Source: Cyanophora paradoxa CCMP329 (taxonomy: Eukaryota > Plantae > Glaucophyta). From it: a stretch of DNA of 64,000 bases. Position numbers and translations under genes: made by a program. Positions 53,001 through 64,000 of the stretch are shown here, piece by piece. The stretch lies in contig QPMI01000514.1 in assembly GCA_004431415.1 (NCBI GenBank), forward strand, positions 1-64,000, written 5' to 3'. The first letter of the stretch is position 1; each line of letters begins with the position of its first letter. The notes below the pieces were generated by a model that made no database searches, was not told the DNA's origin, and worked only from the letters and a program-made list of their open reading frames with translations.

Positions 53001-53131
53001 ACCTTTACGTGGAAGGGCGCGCCGTTCGCGAGCAGGGCGCCGCCGCTGCTCTCGAAGGCGATGGGCGCTGCGCTCGCGCCGAAGACGATGAGGAGCAGGC
53101 CCAAGAGGCCTAGGACGCTACGCTGCTTCAT
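50016..53131 (-). CDS. Host secreted GH5 endoglucanase (cellulase, subfamily-1-like) with C-terminal CBM2, multi-exon
   Basis: Signal MKQRSVLGLLGLLLIV. FGFET, GFNAVRVPF, VMLDMH, AADIKN-EPHG (acid/base), WWGGNL, YSPHVYGP, IIGEWG (nucleophile), LNPNSGDTGGLL.DDW. CBM2: CDVTY..SWPEGFQ..WTLEF..VGF..PVNFEFNNGRC*. Confidence 0.93.
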
Positions 53132-54946
53132 TGCTTCGTTCTTCGCGCTCTCGTCGGAGGCTGCGCTAATTCGGAGACGAAGAATGACGCCGATCGGGCA
53201 AATCGGCGCTTAAAAAGGAGGGGAACTAGGGGAGGTTTTACATTAGGAGACTTATATATATTTAATTTCTACATCTAGAGGAGCTCGAGCTCGCGAGCTC
53301 GCGTGAGCTATATATAGGGGGGATATCAACGAGCTCGAGGCCCGCGGAAGGGCCGGAAGCTATAGATTTAATTAAATTAGCGAAGAGGGAGGGGGGGGGG
53401 GGGGGCTTGGCGGCGCCCGGGGCAGTGGGGGGGGAGGGAGGGAGGATATGGGGAGACGGGGGGCCGGGATCGGAGCCCCTGATTATATAATTATGAGCCC
53501 GGCGCCGGCGGCGACGGCGACGGCTACGAGGCTTTAGGGGTCGGCAAGACCGTCAGACCAGTGCTAGCTGCTTAAGACTCTTAGGACCAGTGCTATAGCT
53601 AGCTGCTTGAGTCTCTGAGACGTCGACATGCACTGCATGTACAGCACTGCGCATCCTGGCATGCATATGGGTTCCGGGGGCCCGCCGCAAGCGGAAGCTT
53701 ATTAAATAATTAAGGCGCCGGCTGGACCCTAGACCGCGTGCTTAGTTCAATATAAGCTCTGCTGATCGAGATCTAGAGCCCGCGCGGGGCCGCGCCCCGC
53801 GCTATTGAAATTGACCAGCACCACTAGCTATAGGCGTGCCTTAATTATAATTTTATATTCATTCAATAACTATGCAGCTGACTAAACGTACTGTCTAGGG
53901 GAGGCTATGCATATGGTACAGGTATCGGACAGGAAAGCGGCGCACGCACATGGCGCAGGGGCGTTCATGTCCAGGAGGCTCGGGCCGGCGCCAGTCATAG
54001 TCCGCTTAACGCTGAGCGGGTCGCCCTGCCCACCACGTTCCAGAGCGCGAGGGAAGTCACTATGTACACGGCCGCGAGAAAGAGGTCTGCGAACACGGGG
54101 CAGCGGTCAGCGGGCGGAGCGAGCGGCAGGAGACACAGAATCGCATTAGGACCATCGGATTTCGGCGCCGGCGCTGTCTTTCCCCGGCCCTGAAGCGGGA
54201 GGGCATGCACGCACGGGTCAAAACTCGTTCGACTGCGCATGAGGGCGAATCAGCGCAGGCAGAACAGCCGGCGTCGGTTGCTTACTTGGATTGAGAATGC
54301 CAGGAATCTGACACCGCGCGCGCCCACGCCAGACCGTCAGCGCGCGCGCGCGCGCGCCGCGCGCGAAGCGCTCAGGAGGCTCACGGTGCCGGACGCGACC
54401 TGGTATCTACACCAGAACGCGTGCAAAAGGTAGATTAGCTTGCCCACCAAGCTGAGCTCGTCGTACTTCCCGCGCGGACCGGACACCGCGGTCGACCAGT
54501 CTGGACCGACGCGAGAAGTCAATCGACACGGCAGCGGACGGCAATGCAACGCTAACGCCTGGCCCCGGCATGTGCATGCACGCCTATATTGAATGCGCAC
54601 GGCCAGACGTTGCGCGCGCATGCAATTTGCGGCTGGTGTGATGGCGGGCCAGGTGCCCGGCGCGGCGGCGCGGAGACCGCGCCGACACGTCGCACCTTCA
54701 GTCATGGCCCGCAACTGGGCGGCTGTCTCCCAGCGAGGTCCGAGGTCCGCTGTCTGCCAGCGAAGGCCAAGACAGCCAGATAGACGGGTACAACGGAAGC
54801 GAAAATGCATCGGGCCTTCGCGGCCCTGCGGAACGGCTATGTGGCCTCGGTCGCTCCGCGCGTGGCGACCGGATTCGAAGGCGCCGGTCTCAGTGCTCTG
54901 CGCGCCGTCTCCACGGTGAACCGCCGCCACCCGCCAACCCCGCACG

Positions 54947-56810
54947 ATGCGCAAACCGCTGACCAACGACGCGCAGACCGCTGCTCGTGCGCGCGGTCGG
55001 CCGCGAAAGGATGCTGCGGGGCAGGTGGTGTGGCACCCGCACGTATCGACGTATCACGGACCGCTTGACACTCGCCGCCGCTCAGGCTGCAGCATCCCGG
55101 TCCGCGTCGGCGGTGTCTCCTGCTGCGCTGCAGGCGGAGGAGGGGTCTGTCAAAAAGCGCGGCCGCCCACCAAAGCCGGCGGAAGTTGCAGCTGCGCCTC
55201 CCGCGATTAGCTCGGCCGGCGAGGCCGCAGCGTCCGCGCCAAAGCGTCGAGGTCGGCCACCCAAGACTGAGCTTCCCGTGGAAGTAGCGGCCGCGTCTCC
55301 GGCGCCCAGTCCTGCTTCTGGTGTGGCCGCTGCCTCGAAGCGCCGTGGGCGGCCAAGGAAGAGCGAGCAAACCGACGGCTTAGAACCGGTTCGGCTGCGC
55401 TTCTGGTGTCTTCATCGATTTGTCGTCGCTGAGCGCCCCCGCTCTCTCAGACCACATCCAAAGCAGCGGACGCGAACGCCGAAGAGAAACGGGCCTCTTC
55501 TGGTGAGACTGGTGTCGCCATTTGAGAGTTCGATCCCCCACGCGGCGCTGAGGTTCGGCGCAGCTCCCGCATCGGTCGGGCGAGCCGCGCCGTCGGTTTC
55601 GGCGGCGTCGTCCTCGGCGGCCGCGGCGGCGCGAGCTTCAAGCCCCTTGACTGCGTCCCAGCAGCCGCCTGCAGCCGCCGCCAAGCAAGGCGCTGCGGCG
55701 GCGCTTGCACGGCCGGCGGAGGGGGTCCCAGCAGCAGCTGAGACAGCACCAGCTAAGAAGCCGGCAGCAGAGCGACCGGCGGCGGAGCGAGCCGAGCGGG
55801 CGGAAGCAGAGCGGGAGGCGCGTGCGGCCGCCGAGCGTGCGGCGACTCTGCGCGCGGCAAAGCAGGCGGCCGCGGAGGTAGCAGCAGCGGAGCGGGTGGA
55901 AGTAGAGCGGGCAGCCGAGCGGGCAGCTGAGCGGGCGGAGAAGGCGGCGGCGGAGCGAGCGGCGGCAGATCGGGAGGCGGCGGAGCGGGCCGCAGCGCAG
56001 CGGGCGGCGGCGGAGAAGGCGGCTGCGGAGAAGGCTGCTGCGGAGCGGGCGGCGGCGGAGCGGGCGGCGGCGGAGCGGGCCGCAGCGCAGCGGGCGGCCG
56101 CAGAGAAGGCTGCTGCGGAGAAGGCGGCTGCGGAGCGGGCGGCGGCGGAGTGGGCCGCAGTGCAGCGGGCGGCCGCAGAGAAGGCTGCTGCGGAGAAGGC
56201 GGCTGCGGAGCGGGCGGCGGCGGAGCGGGCAGCGGAGGAGCGGGCCGCAGCGCAGCGGGCGGCGGCGGAGAAGGCTGCTGCGGAGAAGGCGGCTGCGGAA
56301 CGGGCGGCGGAGGAGCGGGCCGCAGCGCAGCGGGCGGCGGCGGAGAAGGCTGCTGCGGAGAAGGCGGCTGCGGAGCGGGCGGCGGCGGAGTGGGCAGCGG
56401 AGGAGCGGGCCGCAGCGCAGCGGGCGGCGGCGGAGAAGGCTGCTGCGGAGAAGGCGGCTGCGGAACGGGCGGCGGAGGAGCGGGCCGCAGTGCAGCGGGC
56501 GGCGGCGGAGAAGGCGGCGGCGGAGAAGGCCGCTGCGGAGCGAGCGGCGGCGGAGCGAGCGGCGGAGGAGCGCGCGGCGGCGGAGCGAGCGACGGCGGAG
56601 AAGGCCACTGCAGCTGTGCAGAAGGCGGCAGAAGAGAAGGGCGCGGCGGAGGCACCCCGGCGGGCCTCGTGGCTCACGGAGCCGGTGCCGCCCCTGCCCC
56701 CGCGGCCGGCGGCGCCGCGCCCCGAGCCGGACCTCGAGCAGGAGGCCAAGGGCAAGGAGGAGGGCGCCAAGGGCTTCGCGGCCAAGCTCCGAGACTTCTT
56801 TGGCCTGTAG
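54947..56810 (+). CDS. Host AT-hook protein with long Ala/Glu/Arg/Lys helical repeat (5' exons not resolved)
   Basis: Four RGRP motifs ([27 protein letters not shown]), then about 40 pentapeptide repeats ([15 protein letters not shown]), ending KLRDFFGL*. Confidence 0.72.
55900..56610 (+). repeat. Coding minisatellite with a 15-bp unit (GCGGAGMRGGCGGCN) and higher-order 60-75-bp repeats
   Basis: Directly visible tandem array. Confidence 0.92.
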
Positions 56811-56974
56811 CGCGGGCACCGATGGTAGCACATCAACTGTAATGCCATACGAGCTAGCGTTGGACACATGAAATCTCGTTAATATTGCGCGAGCACTGTG
56901 CACGTATACGTAGCTACTTCCGCGCATGCATTCTGACTACTATAGCTAGACCACTAGGCTAGCTGGGCGCCAGT

Positions 56975-58970
56975 TCAAGGCGGGGCGATGAGTGAGGGGA
57001 CTAGGCGGACCGGCGGGGCCGCCTCTGCGGCCGAGCCCCCGCCTTCGGGCCCTGCCGCGTCCTCTCTCCGAGGCTGCGCGCCGTGCGCGGGTGGCACCGC
57101 CGCTGGCTGCTCCCCCCCAGCGGAGATCGGTGTCACCTCCACCGCCCCCTCATCCTCCGCCGCCGCCGCAGCGGCCTCCGTCGCCGCCCGGTCCCCGGGC
57201 GGGTCAGGCGTGTCGAGCCGCAGGACGGGCGGGGGTACCGCAACCGGCGGCGGCCGCTTCTCCGGAACGAACGCCGGGGCCCGCGCTGGCAGCGGCCGCT
57301 CGGGCCTCGGCGGCCGGCAGAGGCCCCCGCACGCCCCATGCGCCCGCTGCGCCCCGCTCAGGACGGAAAGGAAGGGGGAACAAGGCGGCAAGGTACCACG
57401 AATTCGATCTCGCGGTCTATGCACTCCTTGTACGTGGCGTCGACCACGCCGAGCCCGCCGGCCGCCGCCATGGCCTGGCGGACGTTCGCGGCGAATTGGT
57501 CCACGTTCGCCTTCTCCCCCTCCGTGGGGGTATAGGGCGTCAGCTCCAGGATCTGGAGGGGTACAGGGTGAGAGGAGGGAGAACGGAGGGCGGACGCGGG
57601 GTTGGGGGTTACGGACGCGCCTCGATGCGGGTCCACCAGGAGAGGAGGAGGCGGAGTAGGTGCCAGTGGGCGGCTACCCCCCACCAGGCTGCCGGCGGGG
57701 AGCCGCCTCAGGGCGGGCCTGCGCGATCGCAAGGCGCGGCTCGGCCGGACGGGGCCGCGCCTGCATTCAGGTTCCGGTGGGGGTACCGAATCACGACGGG
57801 CAGCACGGGCACGCCCGGCGCGAAGGCGCCGCGGTTGAAGCGAACTGCGGGGTAAGGTGAGCCGCGCATCGGACGCGGCGGGGGGTACAGCGCACTGAGC
57901 TTGCGGCCCGTGGTCGTCGTGCCTTCGGGAAAGATGACGATGGGGGGCAGGTCTGGCGGGGCGGGTCCCGCGCTTCAGGTGGGTACGAATGCGTTCACGG
58001 GGCCCAACGGCGTACCCTCCTGGGCGGTGGCGCGGCGCTTGAGCGCCTCAAGGACCGCCTGCCTCGCCCCGGGGTCCTTGCGGTCCACAAAAATCGACTG
58101 CAGGCTCGAGATCACGAAGCCTATCAGGGGTACACGGGAGAGCTCGATCTGCGAAAGGATCAGCCACAAGGGGGGAGGCGGAATCGGGGGGAGGGAGGTG
58201 GGGGTATGGCGCGCCTTCGCGACGCCGCCGCAGCTCCAGAAGTAGAGCACGAGGAGTGCGTCCAAGTACGAGACCTGCGGTAACCCTCAGGGGGGGCGGG
58301 GGCTGCAGGCGCCGGCGGGAGGGGGGTACGTGGTTGGCGACGATGATGCGGGGCAGGTCCCGGCGGGGCAGGGGTCGGGCGCCGGGGGCGTACTTGTGCC
58401 TGAGCAGGCCCGGCCAGCAGCCCAGGCAGAACAGGGCTGTGCGGGAGTAGGCTGCAGGAGAACGGTGGAAGATTAGCGGAGGCGGCAGGCTGCAGCGGGG
58501 GCGGCGGGCGCACCGACGGAGGCGCCGCGGACGAGGGAGCGGCGCCAGGGGGCCAGCGGCTCGAAGGGGGAGACCTTGCAGCCGAGCGACGCGACGCGTA
58601 TCACGAGGACGAAGAGCAGGCTCGTGAAGAGGAAGAGGAGGAGGCGGGGAAGGAAGAGGCAGGAGCCCAGCAGCGCCTTCGTGAGCGCCCACGGGCCGCA
58701 GCAGGCGTTCAGCGGGATCCAGGCCTCGTCGCTGCTCTCTGGGAGGCTGCGCCCAACGCGTGAGCTCAAGGGCACCCGCCGAGCAGGGCGCGCGCTGCAT
58801 GCGCCGGCGCCGGCGCACTGGATGTCGCTGGAGAGGTCGCCGCGGTGTGATGTGCCCGGCCACGGGGACTGCAGCGAGCGCTCAGGCGGAGTGCCGTGCC
58901 AGGGATCCGCGCAGCGCACCGTGGACTGCTGGGCCGGCGAGGGCGCCGGAGCGACCTTTAGCGAGGACAT
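56975..58970 (-). CDS. Host lysophospholipid acyltransferase (LPCAT/LPEAT, PlsC family), multi-exon
   Basis: TM segment PRLLLFLFTSLLFVLVIRV. IIVANH|VSYLD (HxxxxD), SIFVDR, PEGTTT, FNRGAFAPGVPVLPVVIRYP, FAANVRQAMA. Confidence 0.9.
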
Positions 58971-59295
58971 GTAGCTAACCTAGACTTGCCCAAACTCGCA
59001 GCTGTCCCAGTTGGCGGAGCTGGAGCGGCCAGCTGCCAGCTGGAGTTGGCGCTTCGCCAGCAGAGCAACCAGCGCGGCGCCTGCAGGTCAGGCTGCCATA
59101 CGGCTCTCGCCGAGCCCCTGGGGGCTGAAAGCAGAGCGTTTGGTTTTTTTTGGTTCGAGGGGTACGTGCTGTGGCGGGGCCTCAAAAGTTGATTCCCCTT
59201 GAAGTCTCCCCTGCTGCAGTGAGGATGGTGCGGGCGCGAGTTGCGTGACCTGACGAGCCGTGGTGGAACAGACAGCGCAGCGGATCTGGTGCGCA

Positions 59296-62200
59296 ATGGA
59301 TCCAGCAGCGCCGTCACAGGGCGCTCCGCCCGCGTACGTGGCAGCCATGGTGTCAGGTCACGTCCAATGGATGAATCAGCCGGGCGAGCTCGAGATCCGG
59401 CCGAGCCAGACGAGTACCAGCACCAGCCCCACTGAAGCGTCGCCTCTACAGAAGCCCAGCAATGCAGCTGCAGAGCCGGATCCCATAAAGCTCGACGCTG
59501 ACGACCCCGATCGCCCAGCGTCTCGCGTGCCGGTGGGCCCCTGTCGATGCTGTACGCGGTCTAGATCTTCTCCGCGCGTACTTGGATGGAGGCGAGTTTC
59601 TCCCGCTCCTCGTGCGTCGTGTGACCGCCGGGGGTGTCGAATCAGCCGCGCAGGCTCCGATTCCACGACACGGGTATGGAGTGCGCGTTCCGGCAGCTCT
59701 GGGGTGCTCACTCCCTGGCGCGCTTCCGTTGGTGCCTAGCCGGTCTCGCCTTGGCGATTGCGCTCCACAGTAAGACGCTTTGATATTATCCCCATTCGTG
59801 CCGCGCCCTTCTCAGACTGGCCGGCGCGCAGTGGTGCGGCTCCAGAACCTCGGTGTACCCCTCGGCGACCCCGCCTCCCTCGCCACAATTGCCTCTTCAG
59901 CCCTCGCCGCGCTCGCGTTCGCCCTGTCCTTCGTCCCCCCTCTCGCCCGCTTCTGCCGTACCCGGAGCTGGCGCTGCCACATCTTTTCTCTGGCGAGCCC
60001 CCTTCCGAACAGCCGAGCAGCGCGTGCTCCCGCTTTCCCGCCGATTGACTCCGTACCCCCTTCCGCATCCCCCCAGGTCCTCACCGCCGTGACATGCGCG
60101 TTTATCGCTCGCGTACCCCACCACAGCTCCCCCCTTGAACTCTCCAACTTCGTCATCGGTGCCCCTCCCTCTCGCCCTCGCAACCGCGCAAGAAGTCATT
60201 TATCTTACCCCGCTTAGTGATGGTGTACCTCCTGGTTGCGGCGCTGAACGTACCCCTGCGGATCACCCTCCCCTACCTCGCCCTGATCACGGGGGCGCTG
60301 CTCGCGGTCCACCTGGCCGAGCCCGGACCCCGCCCCTTCTTCCTCGCTGTGCGTACCCCCTTCCGCATGTCCCCCCCCCGGCCCTGGATCGACGCGCCCG
60401 GCAGGCGATCCTGCTCGGCATCGTCCTGGCCCTTATATGCGGTCAGGCCTCCGCCGCCCCCCGCGCCCCCGAGCGGCCCGAGGCTGAAGCCTCCTCCGCC
60501 CACCCTGCAGCGTACATCACGGAGGAGCAGGCGAGGAGAACGTTCCTCCTCTCCCGAATCGTCGAGGCCGGCCGCGCCCCGCCGCCCCGCGCGCCGCGCC
60601 CCACTGAGAGGCGGCTGCGCGCAGAACGCGCGGGCCTCGGCCGAGCGGGCCAACACGCGCTCCGCGCTCATCCTCCAGGCGCGCCCTGCGAGCCGCGCGC
60701 CGCGAGCCGCGAGCCGCCTAGCCCGCCGGGGCCTTCCTCACGGGACGGCGGGGGGGCGGGCAGAACCTGCTGCCGGCGGACATCGCGGCGGAGCTCAAGC
60801 GCAACGACGTCGCCTCCATCAACCGCTGGTCCGCGCGTGCCCCGCCCCGCCCCCGCCCCCGCCCCCTGGGCCGACGGGGGGAGCGCGTCCCGCGGGGCCA
60901 GGCACGAGAGCGTCTCGGTGGCCTTCCTCGCCCTCTGCGAGGAGGAGGGCGGCGGGCGGGGGCGCGGCGGGGCGCGCGGCGGCGAGGAGGGCGGCGGGCG
61001 CTGGAACGCAGCGATGGCGGCGCTCGAGGCGCTGGCCGAGGCGCACGGCGTGCAGAAGATCAAGACCGTCGGCCCGACATCTTCATGGCCCGCCCCGCCC
61101 CGCCCCGAGCCCCGGCACGCACCGCTGCAACCTGACGACGCGCCGGGCGCCGGCCGGGGCGCAGGCGGTGGCGGGGCTCTCGGCGCCCGGCGCGGCGGCC
61201 CTGCCTCTGGGCCCCCGGACGAGGAGGCGCCCGGCGACTCCCTCCATACTGGCCCCGCCTCGTGCGTCCGCCCTCCGCTATGAGGGCGGCCGGCCCGCGC
61301 CGCGCACATCCCCTCATCCCCGGGCCCGGGGCGGGTGCGGGGAGAGCTGACGCGGGGGACCCCCCCTGGGGCGCCTCGGGCAGGGTGCGGTCGCTGGCCT
61401 CGCTGCAGCGCCTGCGGTTCGCCTCGCAGCGCCCGCCGGGCAGCCTCCGCGCCCAGCGCCCCTCCGCCTCCTCCGAGGGCTCCAGTTCTCGCTCCGGCCC
61501 GGCGCGGGGCGCGGGGTCGGCGTCGGGGCTCGGCTCCAGGCTCGGCGCGCCCCCTCTCCTCGCCCCGCCCGCGCCCTCGGCCTCCGAGCCCTCCCCGGTC
61601 CGTCCCGCCCCACTTCCCCAGACTTCAGCCCGGTGCGGAAGAACCCCACTTTTCAACTCCCCCCGCAGGACCGATCCCACCCGAGGCGCTTGGCTGCCTT
61701 TGCATGCGCCGCCGCCGCCGCCGCCGCCGGTGTGCCCCCTGCACCTCTACGTAGCATATCTCCCGTTTTTTGCCCTCAGCGCGCTCCGCTCGCCCGCCCT
61801 CGCAGCGGGCTCCTGCGGCGGACTGCGAGTCCGGGCCGGCCTCCACGTGTGCGCGCGCGCCCGTACCCCCCCCCCCACGTGGCGTGCACCCCGGATGGCT
61901 CGCGAGCGGGGTGCGCTGCAGGGGCCCGCTCGTCTCGGGGATACTCGGCTCGCGCCTCTTTTTTGACGTCTTCGGCGACGCGGTGCCCTCCCGCGCCCCT
62001 TTTGAGCAGAGCGACGGGCCCTGACCCGCACCCCTACTTCAGGTGAACGTCGCCCAGCGGATGTGCGTCACCGCCGAGCCCGGGTACACCGTATTCTCGG
62101 CCCGTCCTCGCCCCGGCGCCTCTGACCGCGCGGACCGCACCGCGCCCAGCTGCGTCCAGGCGTCCGCCGCGTTCCGGGAGGCGCTGCTCACGGCGTGCGG

Positions 62201-64000
62201 GCCGGCGCCGGGCGGCCCGCCCTTCTGCAAGCTCTCCCCCGAGCGGACCGTGCACGTGCGCCCCGCCGGCTGCTGCTCGTCGGGGCACGCGCGCACGCCC
62301 CGCGCCCCCCGCGCCTCGCCCACCGCACAGCAGGTGAAAGGCAAGGGGCCCATGGCGACGTGCGTCCTCGTGCCCCGGGCCGCCGCACACGACCGCGAGG
62401 GGTGCGCGCCGCGCCTGAGCTCCGGCTCTGTCTCTGCGGGGGCGAGCGCCGGCGCGCCGGCGATGTCGGAAATGGAGCCGCGCCCCTCGGCGCCGGCCGG
62501 CGCCGCGCCGCCCCAGCGCCGGCCCGAGCCCGCGGTGCGCCGGCGGCCGCGACGCCTCGCCCCCACTCACCGCTCTCGCCCTCACTCGCCGCTCCCTCCC
62601 ACCCCGGGCCCCTCGCCTCAGGCCGAGCCCTGGGTACAGCGCCGCCTGGCGCGCCTCCTCTTCCGCGGCGACGTCGTACCCCTCGCCTCCCCCGGGCCCC
62701 CGGTCCGCCCCCCAGCCCTCCCCGTCCCCCTCGCCCGGGGAGCAGGCGGCAGAACGTGCCCTCAGGCCGCAGCGTCGGTCACGGCCGCGGCCTCCGCCCC
62801 CTCGAGCGCCGCGGCCTCCGCCCCCTCGAGCGCCGGGGCCTCCGCGGATTCGAGCCCCCGGGGATTCTCGCATTCCAATCTCGGCTTCTCGGGTACCCCC
62901 CTTCTCCTCGTCCTCCGGCCTGGGCCTGACTGGGGCCAGATCTGGAGTCGGCGGCGGCGGCTGGGGACAGCTTCTCGGGACTGCGGGCCGCCGCCCCGCT
63001 CCCGCGGCCGCCCCCAGGCTCCCCCTCCGTGCGTCCGTCCGGCTCGAGCGCGCCGGTTACATCCCGCTCGCCTTGATCTCTCGCCGCGCGCCTCTCAGGG
63101 GGCGGACCGCCGCCGGGTGCGGCGCCTCTCCTCCGTCGCCCATCGCGTGCTCCGCCGCGCCTCGGCCTCCTCCCGCCCCGGACCCCGCCTCCACGACGAC
63201 CCCTCCGACACCGAGAGCGCTTGGTGCGCCCCTGTGCCCTTTCCCCCAGCTTGCCCCCTTCAGCGGCGTCTTTGCACAGGCGCGGGGAGCAGCACGAGCT
63301 CGCCGACTTGGCGCCGCGCCGGGGGGCCTCCCGCCTGGCGGGGCCCGCGCCCTTCGCCGACCCCGCCCGCGAGGCCGACGCGCGCCCTCCCGCCCCCCCG
63401 CCACCTCCCCTCCGCCCTCGCCGCTCACGATCGCCCCCGCCGCAGTTCTGGGCGAAGCGGCGGGCGGACGCGTGGCCCTCGCGGGCGCTCCTGCTCGGCA
63501 TGGCCTGCGTCACGGTCGCCTTCCCCCTGGTGCAGCTCGGCGTGAAGGCGCCGCTGATCCTGGACCGCGTCTTCGCGCGCTGCGGCCTGCCGCTGCCGGC
63601 CCTGCTCGCCGCGTTCGGGCTCTCGTGGCGGCCGCTCTTCGCGGGGCGGCACCGGCTCGTCGCCCACGCCGTCCTCCTCCCCTTCGTCGCCCTCCTCGGT
63701 GAGCGGCCCCGCCCCCCGCGCCCCCCGAGCCGGACCCCGAGACCCGGGGCGGGGCAGGCCTCTACTGGATCCACGACGTCGTCCTCGACGTCAACGCGCT
63801 CGTCAAGTCCGTCAGCAACGGCGACGCCACCGGTGCGCCCGCCGCCCGCCCGCCCCGCCCGCTCGCCCCCGCACACGCTCCGGCGGCCGAGACGCCGCGC
63901 CGACGCCCCGCCCCTTGCCGACCCCAGTCGCCTTCATCTTCGTCAACAACGCGTTCGCCCTCCGCTGGATCGAGGTGCGCCCGAGCGTACCCCCCCACGC
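59296..64000 (+). CDS. Host membrane-bound class III adenylyl/guanylyl cyclase-like gene, multi-exon, runs off the window
   Basis: TM cluster, then LILQ|NLLPADIAAEL, RHESVSVAF, HGVQKIKTVG, LHTGP, FDVFGDAV|NVAQRM, VKGKGPMAT. A second TM cluster starts at ~63450. Confidence 0.82.

Noticed and set aside
55412-56927. Long antisense and alternative-frame ORFs (485, 429, 300 and 230 aa)
   Set aside because: These are shadows of the stop-free GC-rich minisatellite. Only the + strand AERAA frame links to the AT-hooks and a sensible C-terminus.
32147-64000. Hundreds of overlapping Arg/Pro/Ala/Gly-rich ORFs
   Set aside because: Expected in DNA this GC-rich. The real genes are fragmented by short introns and were called from motifs instead.
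31000-64000. Assigning the host species
   Set aside because: High GC, ~50-nt introns and this gene set suggest a protist or alga, but no marker gene in the window supports a name.

Overview
The window is GC-rich eukaryotic (probably protist or algal) genomic DNA with short introns. It carries a complete, apparently recent 26,740-bp endogenous Polinton-like virus (PLV/Maverick/virophage-like element) at 2370-29109. The element has 900/901-bp terminal inverted repeats (TIRs) that differ by one indel on a by-eye alignment, and a perfect 6-bp target-site duplication (AACCAT). It encodes a putative major capsid protein, two head-to-head penton-like proteins, an A32-type packaging ATPase, phage-like fibre proteins (one probably split by a +1 frameshift), an HNH-AP2 endonuclease and an rve integrase. 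It has two replication systems: a primase-polymerase/D5-SF3 helicase and a protein-primed PolB whose proofreading domain looks degenerate. The most unusual non-coding feature is a 91-bp palindromic iteron module (TGTTACAGG x2 ... CCTGTAACA x2) present five times: twice per TIR and once just downstream of the primase-helicase gene. Each TIR also carries an inverted copy of the 28-bp terminus, and giant-virus-like promoter motifs precede several genes. The insertion lies next to a BTB/BACK pseudogene fragment, between two diverged inverted host repeats. The host part (32-64 kb) contains a very large subtilisin (S8) gene, a GH5-CBM2 cellulase, an AT-hook/Ala-Glu-Arg-Lys repeat protein, an LPCAT-type acyltransferase and the 5' part of a membrane class III nucleotidyl cyclase. 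All family assignments come from recognising motifs by eye; no searches were run.
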